Positions 51,575 through 60,821 of a DNA stretch of 64,000 nt are shown here, one piece after another. The position numbers and the translations under genes were made by a program. Under the pieces are notes generated by a model, which was not told the origin of the DNA, searched no databases, and was given only the letters and a program-made list of their open reading frames with translations. This stretch comes from an uncultured bacterium (lineage in GTDB: Bacteria; Babelota; Babeliae; Babelales; Vermiphilaceae). The stretch lies in NCBI GenBank assembly GCA_963727255.1, contig CAVSFC010000002.1:128001-192000 (forward strand), in the 5' to 3' direction. Each line of letters begins with the position of its first letter. Position 1 is the stretch's first letter.

Positions 51575-51895
51575 ATGAATATTCAAAAACTATTGTTCAT
51601 ACTTTCAGCGTTCTTATTTTTGATTCTGAGCAAAAATAATGAAGCCATGTTCGATAATCAACCGTATAAATATACCTCCAGCCAAGACCTCGAGGCACGA
51701 AAAAAGGCAATGCGAGATACGCTCGATGATTTAAACCGTTCTTTTCAAGAAAATCAAACGGAAACTAATCTGCGTCGGATCAGCGAAATTGCTCACAGTA
51801 TTAATAATACAACATCAGGAACAGATCCGGAACTTGCAAAACGTGCACAAAATTTGCTCCAAAGAATCTCTGCTAAATTCCATTATTTCCACTAA
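51575..51895 (+). CDS. Small secreted helical protein
   Basis: TTGACA promoter at 51502, RBS aagga, signal peptide ending NEA|MF. Confidence 0.7.
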   Translation: MNIQKLLFILSAFLFLILSKNNEAMFDNQPYKYTSSQDLEARKKAMRDTLDDLNRSFQENQTETNLRRISEIAHSINNTTSGTDPELAKRAQNLLQRISAKFHYFH

Positions 51896-51911
51896 GACAG
51901 ATTTAGTTACA

Positions 51912-51945
51912 AAAAAACCGGAGGCCATTACATCTCCGGTTTTTT
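51912..51945. terminator. Bidirectional terminator
   Basis: aaaaaaaccggag/ctccggttttttt IR between convergent genes. Confidence 0.75.
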
Positions 51946-51962
51946 ATTGAAACAAATAATTT

Positions 51963-52829
51963 TTAGAAGCTATAACGAACTGCCAGTGTTACCGGGAAAC
52001 GCAATTCTGCGCCGATGTTACCAATAAGGAAGTTATTACTAAGAGTAACTGTAGAATTCAGAACTGTGTTAAAATTGCTTTTTGGGCCACAGCTTGCAAG
52101 TATGCCACTCGCCAAAACAAATGACCAGTTGCCGCAATAACAAAGATCAAGCCCAATATCTAAGCCTCCACTCGGAACGGTGTTGCGTTTGAACATATTA
52201 AGATCGCTCACAAAAGTAACTGCCGGTGTTGGAGGTGTACTGGTTACACTAAACTTCACATGATTATGATGCACAAATCCTGCTTTAAATCCTAAAAATA
52301 ATGAAAGTTTTTCACACCAGCGATCAAAATAATAACGTCCGCCGACATACATATCATAGAGTTTATATTTGCTCAGGGTGAATACATACGTATTGGGGGA
52401 AGTCCCGGATGTTACTAATGATGTTGAACTTTTGCTTTTTGCTTGTGAATAGTCAAATTCATAATACACGCGAATATTATCTGAAAGCGCATATCCTATT
52501 TGGAAGCCAACGGTCCAGGGCAATTTAAAGAATTTGCTAAATTTAGGGATTTGAAACAAGGGAATAACGGGATTGGCAGCTGCAACTCCCTGGCATTGTA
52601 TTAAAGAGAATTGCCCGCGATCATACCAAAGAATAGGCAATACACCGCCTTGAACTTGAAAATCTAGAGCACCACAATAGAGCGGATTACATCCACATAC
52701 ATAATCATTGCAACGAGTGCGGCATTCAACTCCGTAATCTTGAGAATAACGATCAGCTTGCATTGATGAAGCAAATAAATAGAGCAATGCAAGTGCAAAA
52801 TACTTGCAACTAATAAACTTCATACACAT
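51963..52829 (-). CDS. Cys-rich outer-membrane beta-barrel paralog 5
   Basis: Signal peptide, CGCNPLYCG, amphipathic strands, C-terminal RFPVTLAVRYSF. Confidence 0.75.
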   Translation of the reverse strand: MCMKFISCKYFALALLYLFASSMQADRYSQDYGVECRTRCNDYVCGCNPLYCGALDFQVQGGVLPILWYDRGQFSLIQCQGVAAANPVIPLFQIPKFSKFFKLPWTVGFQIGYALSDNIRVYYEFDYSQAKSKSSTSLVTSGTSPNTYVFTLSKYKLYDMYVGGRYYFDRWCEKLSLFLGFKAGFVHHNHVKFSVTSTPPTPAVTFVSDLNMFKRNTVPSGGLDIGLDLCYCGNWSFVLASGILASCGPKSNFNTVLNSTVTLSNNFLIGNIGAELRFPVTLAVRYSF

Positions 52830-52913
52830 CTCCTTTTACATGAAATATATAACCGAATGTTAGCCTACTCCAGTTATTTAAATAAAATCAAGAATCAAAA
52901 AAGTTAGAACAAA

Positions 52914-52947
52914 TAATAAAGGCACCGGAATTTCGGTGCCTTTATTA
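52914..52947 (-). terminator. Terminator after paralog 4
   Basis: taataaaggcaccg/cggtgcctttatta IR. Confidence 0.75.
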
Positions 52948-52968
52948 GTTTTTGTTAGCAATAGCTTA

Positions 52969-53835
52969 TTAGAAGCTATAACGAACTGCTAAAGTTACTG
53001 GGAAGCGAAGTTCTGTGCCAATAGCTGGAATAAATAAGTTGGTGAAGCCATTTAAGCTTGAGCTTGTGCCTAAACTAAGAGGAGCAGCGCCACGTGGCCC
53101 GCAGGTTGCAACCACTTCACCGGTCAGAACGATTGACCAGTTGCCACAAATGCAATAATCAAGACCAATATGTCCGCCACCGCTTATTCTGGTGCTCTTA
53201 GCATAAAAAGCTTGATCACTCAAAGTATATGCAACAACAGTCGCAGGGAAAGCGAATATCAAATCAACATTTTGTTTTTTGTGACGAAGGAAACCAACTT
53301 TACCACCTAAGAAGAATGAAAGATGATCGCACCATCTATCCCAATAGTAGCGCGCTCCTACATACCCTTCAAAAATTTTGTATTTATTAAAAGCAAATGA
53401 AATGGTACCTGGCACTGACGAGGTCGAGGTTAACACGACAGCACTTTTTGCTTTTGCTTGTGAATAATCAAATTCTGCGAATACACGGGTGTTATCGGAC
53501 ATCGCATAACCAACTTGTCCGCCGATAATCCATGGAGTCTTAAAGAATTTGCTAAATTTTGGAGAGGTAGGAAAGAGTTGTATGACTGGCACAGTGGCAG
53601 ATGAAGTACAGTTAACTCCAGAGATTGGACCGCGGTTGCGCCATAAGATTGGAGCAACACCGCCTTGAACTTGCAAGTCCCAAGCGCCGCAATATAACGG
53701 ATTGCAACCACATTCATATTGACGTGGGCAACAATCGCCACCATTTGAATATTCGTCACGGTTTGCTTGAACAGTGCCCGTCAGCATTGTTGCAAGCATC
53801 ATTAATGAGAGATATTTTGCAGTAAGATTTTTCAT
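52969..53835 (-). CDS. Cys-rich outer-membrane beta-barrel paralog 4
   Basis: Highly similar to 53984..54850; C-terminal YSF. Confidence 0.75.
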   Translation of the reverse strand: MKNLTAKYLSLMMLATMLTGTVQANRDEYSNGGDCCPRQYECGCNPLYCGAWDLQVQGGVAPILWRNRGPISGVNCTSSATVPVIQLFPTSPKFSKFFKTPWIIGGQVGYAMSDNTRVFAEFDYSQAKAKSAVVLTSTSSVPGTISFAFNKYKIFEGYVGARYYWDRWCDHLSFFLGGKVGFLRHKKQNVDLIFAFPATVVAYTLSDQAFYAKSTRISGGGHIGLDYCICGNWSIVLTGEVVATCGPRGAAPLSLGTSSSLNGFTNLFIPAIGTELRFPVTLAVRYSF

Positions 53836-53927
53836 ATTTATCCTTTTTTAAAAAGTGTTAGTACTGCAACCAAACATAGATTACTCACAAGAATCGTAAA
53901 AAATCAAGTTTTGCAAAAGAAAATAAA

Positions 53928-53954
53928 AGAAGGCACCCTGATCGAGTGCCTTCT
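53928..53954 (-). terminator. Terminator after paralog 3
   Basis: agaaggcac/gtgccttct IR. Confidence 0.65.
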
Positions 53955-53983
53955 GATTAGTTTTTGTTAGCTGAAATAGCTTA

Positions 53984-54850
53984 TTAGAAGCTATAACGAA
54001 CAGCTAAAGTCACTGGGAAGCGAATCTCACTGCCAATGCTTGGTGTTAAGATATCAGTGAATCCTGCAAACGCAGTTGTTAAGCTAATGTCACCTACTCC
54101 GCGTGGACCGCAGGTAGCAACTACTTCACCGGTCAACACAAGTGACCAGTTTCCGCAAATGCAATAATCAAGACCGATATGGCCGCCACCGCTTACGCGA
54201 GTCGAACCATTATTAAATAATTGAGATGCATAGGTTGTTGGTGTTGCAGTTGCTGGGAATGCTGTAGCAAGAACTACATTTTGTTTTTTGTGACGAAGGA
54301 AACCAATTTTACCACCTAAGAAGAATGAAAGGTGATCGCACCATCTATCCCAATAGTAGCGCGCTCCGACATACCCTTCAAAAATTTTGTATTTATCAAA
54401 GGTGAAGGTGAGTGTACCTGGAATAGAAGTATTGTCGCCCGTAATCGCAACGGCACTTTTACCATTTGCTTGTGAATAATCAAATTCTACAAATACACGG
54501 GTATTGTCAGACATTGCATAACCAACTTGTCCACCAACAATCCATGGGGTTTTGAAGAGTTTGTTAAAACGTGGAGATGTGCTTAGAAGTGAATATACAG
54601 GTCCGCCAGCTACTACCGATGTGCAATTAATGCCGTAGATAGGTCCGCGGTTGCGCCATATAATTGGAGCCACGCCACCTTGCACTTGCAAATCCCAAGC
54701 GCCGCAGTATAACGGATTGCAGCCACATTCATATTGACGTGGACAACAATCTCCGCCATTAGCGTAGTCGTCGCGACTTGCTTGCGCGTTGCCACCAAGC
54801 AACGATGCAAGCATCATTAAAGAGAGATATTTTGCAGTAAGATTTTTCAT
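53984..54850 (-). CDS. Cys-rich outer-membrane beta-barrel paralog 3
   Basis: DCCPRQYECGCNPLYCGAW, YYWDRWCD, C-terminal YSF. Confidence 0.75.
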   Translation of the reverse strand: MKNLTAKYLSLMMLASLLGGNAQASRDDYANGGDCCPRQYECGCNPLYCGAWDLQVQGGVAPIIWRNRGPIYGINCTSVVAGGPVYSLLSTSPRFNKLFKTPWIVGGQVGYAMSDNTRVFVEFDYSQANGKSAVAITGDNTSIPGTLTFTFDKYKIFEGYVGARYYWDRWCDHLSFFLGGKIGFLRHKKQNVVLATAFPATATPTTYASQLFNNGSTRVSGGGHIGLDYCICGNWSLVLTGEVVATCGPRGVGDISLTTAFAGFTDILTPSIGSEIRFPVTLAVRYSF

Positions 54851-54938
54851 ATTTACCCTTTTTTTAAAGTGTTAATACTGCAACCGCCATAAGACTACTC
54901 ACAATAATCATAAAAAATCAAGAGTCATCTATAAAAAA

Positions 54939-54975
54939 ATTAACCCAGATGCTGTTCATGAAAACATCTGGGTTA
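54939..54975 (-). terminator. Terminator after paralog 2
   Basis: ttaacccagatg/catctgggttaa IR. Confidence 0.7.
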
Positions 54976-54996
54976 AAGAAAACTCGTATTTATGCA

Positions 54997-55914
54997 CTAA
55001 AAGCTATATTTAAACCCAAAAGTTACGGGGAAATATAATTCTGTACCTGTACCGCCAATAAGTAAATTGCTTGGAAGAATAGACGGGAGCTGACTGCAAT
55101 TGCTTGTTATCGCAAGGCTGCCGCTACTATTAGTCTTAGGTCCGCATGATGCAACAACTTCACCCATGATCATAAATGACCAACCACATCCTAAGCACCA
55201 ATCAATACCAACGTTTACGCCCGATGCAGGCCGTGTGTTCCTAAAGAAAAATGGCGCGGGTGCTGCAGAAGTTAACGGAATAGATGAAAGGCAGCTGGTA
55301 GAGCTGATAGTATAATTAAAACAGATCGATTTATGGTGAACTAATCCAAATTTAGCACCTGCAAAACATGCAATACGATCGCACCAATATCGCCCCCAAT
55401 AAACCCTTCCGCCAACATACGCATCAAACACGCGATAATTATTAGTAAAGGCTAAAGCAACACTCACTTCATCATTAGGAATCGTGATACCTGTTGCAGT
55501 AAATGCGCGGCGCGAAGCGGAACGATAATTAAATTCTAAATAAAATTCAAAACAATCAGTAAAAGCGTAACCAATTTGTCCACCAACAATCCACGGCAAA
55601 TGAAAGAACTTCTTAAATTGTGGCAATGGGCTTAAGAGAGGCACAATATCTTGACCAAATGATGTTGCCAATGAATTACATGAAACAGCAGAAAAATCTC
55701 CGCGATCTCTCCAGCTGAGTGGCGCAACGCCCGCACGCAACCAAAAATTAATTGATCCACAATTGAGCGGGCACCCACAATCGTATTCCGGTTCGCAACT
55801 GCTTTGCTGGCAGCAACCAGTATCAGAATATTGTGAAGCGATCACCAATGGAGCTGAACTTGCCAGAATTCCAGCTATGAGCATGGAATACATACTCAGA
55901 CGAATATTTTTCAT
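54997..55914 (-). CDS. Cys-rich outer-membrane beta-barrel paralog 2
   Basis: GVAP..WRDRG, PWIVGGQIGYA, WCD, SCGP motifs; C-terminal FKYSF. Confidence 0.75.
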   Translation of the reverse strand: MKNIRLSMYSMLIAGILASSAPLVIASQYSDTGCCQQSSCEPEYDCGCPLNCGSINFWLRAGVAPLSWRDRGDFSAVSCNSLATSFGQDIVPLLSPLPQFKKFFHLPWIVGGQIGYAFTDCFEFYLEFNYRSASRRAFTATGITIPNDEVSVALAFTNNYRVFDAYVGGRVYWGRYWCDRIACFAGAKFGLVHHKSICFNYTISSTSCLSSIPLTSAAPAPFFFRNTRPASGVNVGIDWCLGCGWSFMIMGEVVASCGPKTNSSGSLAITSNCSQLPSILPSNLLIGGTGTELYFPVTFGFKYSF

Positions 55915-56005
55915 GATTTTCCTTTTTTTAGAAATACACAACATCAAAAATTATGCTATCCATAAACTTTAAAAAAAAGCAAGACCTTATATCTCATGGA
56001 AGATT

Positions 56006-56863
56006 TTAGAATTGATATTTAAATCCAATAGTGAGTGGTACTGCAATTTCAGTACCTATTTGACCAATTATAAAGCTGTTGGGAGCCAAGATTGGGTTTA
56101 TAAAAATACTTTGAAGTAAAAAATCGAACGGAATATTCGGGTTTGCTCGTGGGCCACAGCTAAGGATAAACTCCGCCGTTATCACACAAGAGAAATCACA
56201 ACCAACTTCATAGGTTAATCCTATGTTTGCTCCAATAGCCGGAACGGTATTACTCAAAAACAGAGGCAGAGTTGATGATATGAATGGAGTAGGAGGTGGG
56301 ATAGTTAATGATGCGGTACTAAAAATAAAATTTGTTTTTGCATGGTGCACTAACCCAATTTTTCCACCTAAAAATAATGCTATATCGTCGCACCAAGATG
56401 ATTGGCAATATGAACGCAGTCCTATATAAGCATCCACAATCCGATAGTTATTTTTGGGAGTCATTGCAAAGCTAATAGTATCAATATTGGGAATAACTAG
56501 AGAACTCAATGTATACGTGCGTGATTTTGATTGCCGATAGTTTAACTCTGCATATATTTCTTGATCTTCACAAAGCGCATAGCCCACATGCAGTCCAAGA
56601 TACCACGGCACTGTGAATAATTTGTTAAATCCTGGCATTTTAAAAAGCGGCACATAGGGACTTGCCACTAGGGCCAATGTACTGGCATTGCAAGAAACTG
56701 CGCAAAAATCATCCCGATCAATCCAAAATGTCGGAGCAACGCCTGCGCTTATCTCAACATCTACGCCTTCATAACACAGCTGGAATCCTTGATCTCTGGT
56801 AACAACCGCAAACAACGCACCAAAAAAAACAATTTTGCCTAAACAGCTGAAAAATATTTTCAT
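56006..56863 (-). CDS. Outer-membrane beta-barrel paralog 1
   Basis: GVAP, PW..G..VGYA, WCD, SCGP motifs; C-terminal FKYQF. Confidence 0.75.
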   Translation of the reverse strand: MKIFFSCLGKIVFFGALFAVVTRDQGFQLCYEGVDVEISAGVAPTFWIDRDDFCAVSCNASTLALVASPYVPLFKMPGFNKLFTVPWYLGLHVGYALCEDQEIYAELNYRQSKSRTYTLSSLVIPNIDTISFAMTPKNNYRIVDAYIGLRSYCQSSWCDDIALFLGGKIGLVHHAKTNFIFSTASLTIPPPTPFISSTLPLFLSNTVPAIGANIGLTYEVGCDFSCVITAEFILSCGPRANPNIPFDFLLQSIFINPILAPNSFIIGQIGTEIAVPLTIGFKYQF

Positions 56864-56880
56864 AAATCCATCCATAGTTA

Positions 56881-58692
56881 TCAAATAACAGTAACTGTGT
56901 CGGCAGTAATACGGATACGGGTACCATCGCGTTTGGTAATTACATATCCGGTAAAGGCTTGTTCATTGTAGTTCATGCAATGATCTTGAAGATATTTAAT
57001 TGCAACAGCTTCGCCAAGCAAGATTCCCTGCTCACCATCGATGCGATAATGCACACCTGCAAAACTTCTGGCCATTGCGACATTAGAGGCAAGTTTATCA
57101 AGCTCAGAAGCTACGGTTATGAGATTTTCCCCTTGATTTGAGAGTGGAATCAGTTGTGTCGGATTTGATGGATTTGGTTGTACTGGCACAACAACAGTTG
57201 TTATTAACGTTGTATCCTCAAAAAAAGCTTTAAGAATTGTAGCACATGCACCGGCTATCGTTGCATGGCCTGATGGATAGGTTGGGTGATTAGGGGATCC
57301 CTCTGGATACATCTGCGCAAAAAGATATGTTGCTGCTTGAGCTTGCGTTAAATTATTATCAGGATAATTCGCTTGAAGAGTATTATTGGCTAAAACTTGA
57401 TTAAGAACATTTATTCCCGCATGTGAAACAAATAAGGAAGTATCTAAACTAAAGGGATTGCTAGCCGTTACTTCAGCTTGTTGAACAAGCCCTCCAAAAG
57501 CTTCAGGGCGCAATGCACGGTTACATCTCCATTTTTGAGCCCATGATGCTTTCATTGCTTCAACAGATACCCCTTCAAGCATGCTAAACATTTCAACCAT
57601 TCCCATCGTAGCAAATGATCCCTCATTTGGCATTGCTCCATTATAGTAAGGTAATGATAATGAATAGGGAAATCCATACCCGTTGAGAATATATGCAGCG
57701 TAAAAAAATGATTCACAGTTAATATCAAAATGGACGAAGCTACCCCAATCTCTCCCGGTGATTATGTAGCGCTTATTAACCGGATCATAATCATTGGCAG
57801 TGTAAGGCTTAGGGCACGTACCATTTTCAATTGCCACAAAATCGGCAAACGAAACTCCGAATTGCCTGCCCTGCGCAATTGGCCATTGTTGTACCAATTT
57901 AATAAATGGAGCTGGATTTAAATTTTGAGCCCCCGTACCGGCCATGAACGGAGTCTTCAAGGATAATAATGCAAATTGCGATACATAAGGGCCAGCAAGA
58001 CTCCCATATGAATCACCTCGAAAGAGCACACTCGCATCCACAACTCCAAAACTATTGCGGGGCCCCATATACGCAGATCCTAAATCTTGAAGCACAGCAG
58101 CGGCATCATTGGTTAGAGAGCCTCCGGATCCATTTGAATCTGATCCTAAACCAGTCCCGTATTGGTTAAATTGCACATCCCGGCATAATTGCATGAGATA
58201 TAGTTCTATCATATATGCAGCAAGCTCAGCGCTACTTAATTGAGGAAATTGTGCTATTGAAAATAATGATGAATCACATCCTTCCATACAAAATGCAAGC
58301 CCCGCTTGCGGATTTACTAATTTAAATGAAGAAGGATATCTAATAATCGCATTAAAATCCGCTTGCAATCCAGAATTCATAGCGGTCACCAACTGCTGAT
58401 AACTTGTTTGGCCCTGAGCAGTTACAAGCCCCGTAGAAGGATCATGTTCAAATGTTTTAGTAAATTGTGATGCGTATCCCGGAACCAATTTTTCATCACC
58501 ATTATTTTCTGCAGGAAGATTATTTGGAATTTGGCCAAGCGCTCGCAAATAGTCGGCAGCCAATCGTATCGCAAATGCTGCACGGTTTTCTTGCAATCCA
58601 TAGGGAGAGAAACGGGTGATGCCATCGTAATTTGCAAAAATTGGATTAATTACAGGAACCCCCGCCAGTAGAGCCATTAAAAGCTTCATCAT
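56881..58692 (-). CDS. Secreted vanadium-dependent haloperoxidase
   Basis: Vanadate-binding motifs W.QKW..R.LRPE, HPTYPSGHA and R..AGVHY; signal peptide; about 600 aa. Confidence 0.88.
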   Translation of the reverse strand: MMKLLMALLAGVPVINPIFANYDGITRFSPYGLQENRAAFAIRLAADYLRALGQIPNNLPAENNGDEKLVPGYASQFTKTFEHDPSTGLVTAQGQTSYQQLVTAMNSGLQADFNAIIRYPSSFKLVNPQAGLAFCMEGCDSSLFSIAQFPQLSSAELAAYMIELYLMQLCRDVQFNQYGTGLGSDSNGSGGSLTNDAAAVLQDLGSAYMGPRNSFGVVDASVLFRGDSYGSLAGPYVSQFALLSLKTPFMAGTGAQNLNPAPFIKLVQQWPIAQGRQFGVSFADFVAIENGTCPKPYTANDYDPVNKRYIITGRDWGSFVHFDINCESFFYAAYILNGYGFPYSLSLPYYNGAMPNEGSFATMGMVEMFSMLEGVSVEAMKASWAQKWRCNRALRPEAFGGLVQQAEVTASNPFSLDTSLFVSHAGINVLNQVLANNTLQANYPDNNLTQAQAATYLFAQMYPEGSPNHPTYPSGHATIAGACATILKAFFEDTTLITTVVVPVQPNPSNPTQLIPLSNQGENLITVASELDKLASNVAMARSFAGVHYRIDGEQGILLGEAVAIKYLQDHCMNYNEQAFTGYVITKRDGTRIRITADTVTVI

Positions 58693-58724
58693 CACTCCTC
58701 CTCAAAATTTCTAAACTTTATTTT

Positions 58725-58754
58725 GGTATATGAAAGTTTGAGCCAATTTGTCAA
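58725..58754 (-). promoter_or_regulatory. Sigma70-like promoter of the haloperoxidase gene
   Basis: TTGACA-18 nt-TATACC on the minus strand; RBS gaggag downstream. Confidence 0.5.
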
Positions 58755-58761
58755 TAGCTTT

Positions 58762-59487
58762 TTAATTCAGATGCGCAAACCAATAATGCCATCGTAATCT
58801 AAATAATGTGCCAAGCATTCGTGAGCCCGCGCGCATCATGCGCAATTTGCTGCCCGCTTTATCATGCCAAATCGTTGGCTGTTCTTTAACCGTAAAACCA
58901 AAACGTTTACACAAGTAAAGAATCTCTATATCAAATGCCCATTGGCGCACCGATAAATAGGGAGTAATTTTTTCAATTACTTCTCGCTTGAATAATTTTG
59001 CACCGCATTGAGTATCATAAAATTTGATGCCAAAGAGAAGGCGCGTTAATGTCTCAAAAAAAATTTTGCTACCCCACCGTTTAACAAACGGCCTTGGCGG
59101 CGTTACTTGGGCCCCTGGCATATATCTGCTTGCAATAATTGCATCATAATCATCAATTTCTTTAATAAGTTGATTGAATGCCTCGGGTGATGTAGCCATA
59201 TCTGCATCTACAAATCCAATCAGATCATTGTTTCTTTCAAGAGCATTTTTAAATCCGGCATCAATTGCGAGGCCTTTGCCCCCTTGCGGAATCTCAATCA
59301 TTAAAATATGAGGCTTGGACTGTTGCAATGATTCTACTATTGCTGGGGTAGAATCGGTAGTTCCATTGATGACTATAAGCAACTCATAGCCAAAATCCTT
59401 TTTATTAAAAAAATCGGTGTATGCCTCCAAGGTATTTTTGATACGGCGCTCTTCATTATATGCCGGAATAATAATGCTCACTTTCAT
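58762..59487 (-). CDS. GT2 polyprenol-phosphate glycosyltransferase (DPG/DPM synthase-like)
   Basis: SIIIPAYNE, GKG, FVDAD, DTQCGAKLF, WAFDIE. Confidence 0.9.
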   Translation of the reverse strand: MKVSIIIPAYNEERRIKNTLEAYTDFFNKKDFGYELLIVINGTTDSTPAIVESLQQSKPHILMIEIPQGGKGLAIDAGFKNALERNNDLIGFVDADMATSPEAFNQLIKEIDDYDAIIASRYMPGAQVTPPRPFVKRWGSKIFFETLTRLLFGIKFYDTQCGAKLFKREVIEKITPYLSVRQWAFDIEILYLCKRFGFTVKEQPTIWHDKAGSKLRMMRAGSRMLGTLFRLRWHYWFAHLN

Positions 59488-59565
59488 AGACACCCTAATT
59501 TACGATATACTGTTAATGAATCTTTAGATTTACCCTTGATTTTAACATTTACAATCAGCTTTACC

Positions 59566-60231
59566 ATGATCATTACCAAGAATATTTTCTCACTGTTAGA
59601 AAAATATCTTCCTTCTGATTCGATTATCATTGAAGCAGGAGCTTTTGATGGCAGAGATACCAAAAAATTAAGCGCACTTTTGCCAAATGCCACAATTCAT
59701 GCATTTGAGCCAGTTCCAGAAATATTTGCTGAGCTAACCACAAAAACCAGTGGATTATCTAACATTTATTGCTATCAGATTGCCTTGAGCGATAAAACCG
59801 GTACTACAACTTTTTATGTTGCAGAAAACCCAAAAAAACCCGGGAAAATATGCCAAGCAGGAACCCTTATGGTTCCCAAAGAACGATTAAAGAAATCACC
59901 CATTTTGTATCCCAGAACCATTAACATATCAACAATAACAGTTGACGATTGGGCTCAGCAAAATAATATTAAAAGAGTAGATTTTATGTGGCTTGATCTC
60001 CAGGGGCATGAACTTGCCGTTCTTAAAGCCGCGCCCCAGTTTATACAAAGAGTTAGATTTATCTTCCTCGAGGTCAATTTTATAGAGGCATATCATGATC
60101 AGCCAACCTGCCAGGAGATTGATGAATGGCTCAAAAATAACGGTTTTGAGGTGTTAGCAAGAGATTTTGAAGATGAAAACCGGTGGTTTTTTGGGGCAAT
60201 CCTCTATGCTCGGATCGTTAATTCAGACTGA
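59566..60231 (+). CDS. FkbM-family methyltransferase
   Basis: IIEAGAFDG, HAFEP, ALSD, VDFMWLDLQGHE. Confidence 0.88.
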   Translation: MIITKNIFSLLEKYLPSDSIIIEAGAFDGRDTKKLSALLPNATIHAFEPVPEIFAELTTKTSGLSNIYCYQIALSDKTGTTTFYVAENPKKPGKICQAGTLMVPKERLKKSPILYPRTINISTITVDDWAQQNNIKRVDFMWLDLQGHELAVLKAAPQFIQRVRFIFLEVNFIEAYHDQPTCQEIDEWLKNNGFEVLARDFEDENRWFFGAILYARIVNSD

Positions 60232-60449
60232 ATAGAATAGAAAAAGATGTTCGGGATTGCCTAAATGCAAGAAATGGGTTAGTATAGGTATAAATAATCA
60301 ATTTAAATTTATCATTTCAAATGCAAATCAAATCAAATATAATTTCACTATCAGTTATGAAAATGAGAATCTTGGAGGGCATAAGCGAGCTAAATAAATT
60401 TTTTGTTGTTTTTTTGTGTATTAATTTTTTTTATTAAGAGAATTTTATA

Positions 60450-60770
60450 ATGAATCTTTACGTCGGAAGACTCCCACGCACCATAAACGAAACCAAATTA
60501 AGAGAATTATTTGAACAATATGGTCCCGTGACTTCAATTAAATTGATCAAAGATAAGTTTACCGGTGCCCTCAAAGGCTTCGCATTTATCGAAATGCCTG
60601 AAAATGAAAATGCACAAGAAGCAATTTCTGCCCTCAATGGCATGGAATATGAAGGCCAAAGACTCGTCGTTAGCGAAGCTCGTCCTCGTGAAGAGCGGCC
60701 AATGCGAGAAGGTGGCGCATCACGTTTTGGTAGCCAACGCCCTCGCTTTGGTGGAAACAACCGCTACTAA
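60450..60770 (+). CDS. RRM-domain RNA-binding protein
   Basis: RNP2 LYVGRL, RNP1 KGFAFIEM, Arg/Gly-rich tail. Confidence 0.93.
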   Translation: MNLYVGRLPRTINETKLRELFEQYGPVTSIKLIKDKFTGALKGFAFIEMPENENAQEAISALNGMEYEGQRLVVSEARPREERPMREGGASRFGSQRPRFGGNNRY

Positions 60771-60787
60771 TTTGATTTGAATTAGAA

Positions 60788-60821
60788 AAAAAATGGCGCC
60801 CGTAAAAAGGCGCCATTTTTT
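60788..60821. terminator. Bidirectional terminator
   Basis: aaaaaatggcgcc/ggcgccatttttt IR between convergent genes. Confidence 0.8.

Noticed and set aside
51502..58754. Inverted 12-mer ttgacaaattgg flanking the barrel array and haloperoxidase as transposon ends
   Set aside because: Both copies coincide with -35 promoter boxes; no transposase or target duplication seen.
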